In this document: positions 8,467-9,447 of the stretch, one piece after another
Numbering within the stretch: position 1 is the stretch's first letter
Layout of the letters: each line of letters opens with the position of its first letter
From: Neoechinorhynchus agilis
Lineage: Eukaryota > Animalia > Acanthocephala
DNA length: 9,447 nucleotides
Direction: 5' to 3'
Assembly: GCA_051530055.1 (NCBI GenBank)
Contig: JBMGUZ010000085.1
Span: 1-9,447 of the forward strand
Made by a program: the position numbers and the translations under genes
The notes under the pieces: model-generated
The model's database searches: none
The model's input: the letters and a program-made list of their open reading frames with translations, nothing else
What the model was told of the DNA's origin: nothing

Positions 8467-8788
8467 TAACTATACCTCACCTGACATTTGAATCCTATTG
8501 AGAACGTTTTTGGGAACGCTGAAAGCTCTCTTGAAGATTAAGTTGCGACCTGAACAACTACTACCGAGCATTTTGTGACTATAAAATTATTTTATATTGT
8601 TTTTCCTGAAATAGAAATATTTAAATCGCTAATTAAATGTCCCGTTTAAAGTACACGTTTATGTGATATCTTTTATACATTATTATTATTATTATTTTGT
8701 TATACCTTAACAGATAAGTTCTATATACTAAGCATTCTGCTAATTTCCGGTCAATTATTGTTGTTTCTTTTTTTGCCAGTAACAGCAT
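7091..8788 (-). CDS. Putative spliced gene with tandem 68-aa exon modules. Exons 8788-8706, 8578-8481, 8203-8000, 7889-7686, 7575-7372, 7260-7091 give 320 aa. It extends to 6922 if the extra G at about 7100 is an error.
   Basis: Junctions: AAG|GTATAA...TTTTATAG| (phase 2), CAG|GTGAGG...AACAG| (phase 1) and GAAG|GTAAGG...AACAG| (phase 1, three times). Exon phases chain without stops and total 963 nt = 321 codons. The repeated exon is 47% G+C against 33% for the repeated intron. No recognisable protein family; the two 5' exons are less certain than the repeated ones. Confidence 0.5.
8679..8696. repeat. (ATT)6 microsatellite inside the predicted 127-nt intron 8579-8705
   Basis: ATTATTATTATTATTATT read directly. 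Confidence 0.85.
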
Positions 8789-8925
8789 TGTTTTCACAAT
8801 TCTAGTTTTCCTGGTAAAATGGGAATATCCAGTCGAGGGATGCCAATTCGGGTGAAACTATCCAGTCGGATGGTGAAAATATCCGGTTGTGGGCGAATTG
8901 GTGGTTATTGTTTGGAGGAGCGCTT

Positions 8926-9207
8926 TTAAGGTTGGTCTTTCCTCAGGTTCATTTTCGGGTTTTGATATCCGAGAGAAGATTGGGCAGCATGGAAAAGGAG
9001 CGTTGGTATAGGGAGGTTCGAGGTTGAGGGAGGATAAAAGAAATCGGAATACCGTAGGTGAGGGGGGTAGAATAAAGCTGAAGTAAAATTTGATTCCAAA
9101 ATGTCGGAAGCGTTTGGGGAGATAAATTTTAAAGGTATTGTGCTATTTCAAATTAGATTGAAATTGGAGACCCGAAATTCTTAGGGAGGTTACTCGGAGG
9201 ATGTCAT
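8926..9207 (-). CDS. Possible small 76-aa Ser/Pro-rich protein (exons 9207-9194 and 9142-8926, 51-nt intron)
   Basis: ATG ACA TCC TCC GA|GTAACC...CTAATTTGAAATAG|C. The product carries FYPP twice, encoded by TTC TAC CCC CCT and TTT TAT CCT CCC (differences only at third positions). This strand is stop-poor here, so open frames are weak evidence. Confidence 0.3.
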
Positions 9208-9447
9208 TTAGAAGATCAGCGGAGGTTGCGAGAGAGGATTTTATTTTTGAACGTTACTCGTTAATTGAATGTCGATGTTCGATACAATAATAAGCGTCCG
9301 ATCCTTTTTCAAGTGTACAATTTTTTCAATTTCAAACGATTAATCACCGTCCTCGAGATACTGCGAAAACAAATAACCCATGAAACTTTAAAATATCCAC
9401 TTTTAAACGTCGCGGAATTCCATTTTTTGATAGTGTTCAAGTAGACT

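Noticed and set aside
7265-8480. Four ORF-track entries (74, 84, 84, 90 aa) as independent small genes
   Set aside because: They start at TTG/GTG in mid-exon and read through the GTAAGG donor into intron sequence. They are better explained as fragments of the spliced model.

Overview
AT-rich eukaryotic genomic DNA from a compact genome. There are no prokaryotic hallmarks; there are canonical GT-AG introns and an EF-hand protein. Bases 1-3956 are a tandem satellite of 27 full 143-145 bp monomers plus a partial one, with linked variants and block-duplication structure. Closely packed minus-strand genes follow: a C-terminal four-EF-hand calcium-binding protein (4544-5362, possibly starting at 5515 through a 33-nt intron), a proline-rich PPxP/RWMPY protein (5829-6716), and a putative spliced gene (about 8788 to 7091 or 6922). 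In the spliced gene, a 314/315-bp tandem repeat resolves into a symmetric phase-1 204-nt exon (68 aa) plus a 110/111-nt intron. The array ends at a 21-nt GT-AG segment homologous to the start of the long introns. All splice models are inferred by hand from sequence only; there is no transcript or database evidence.
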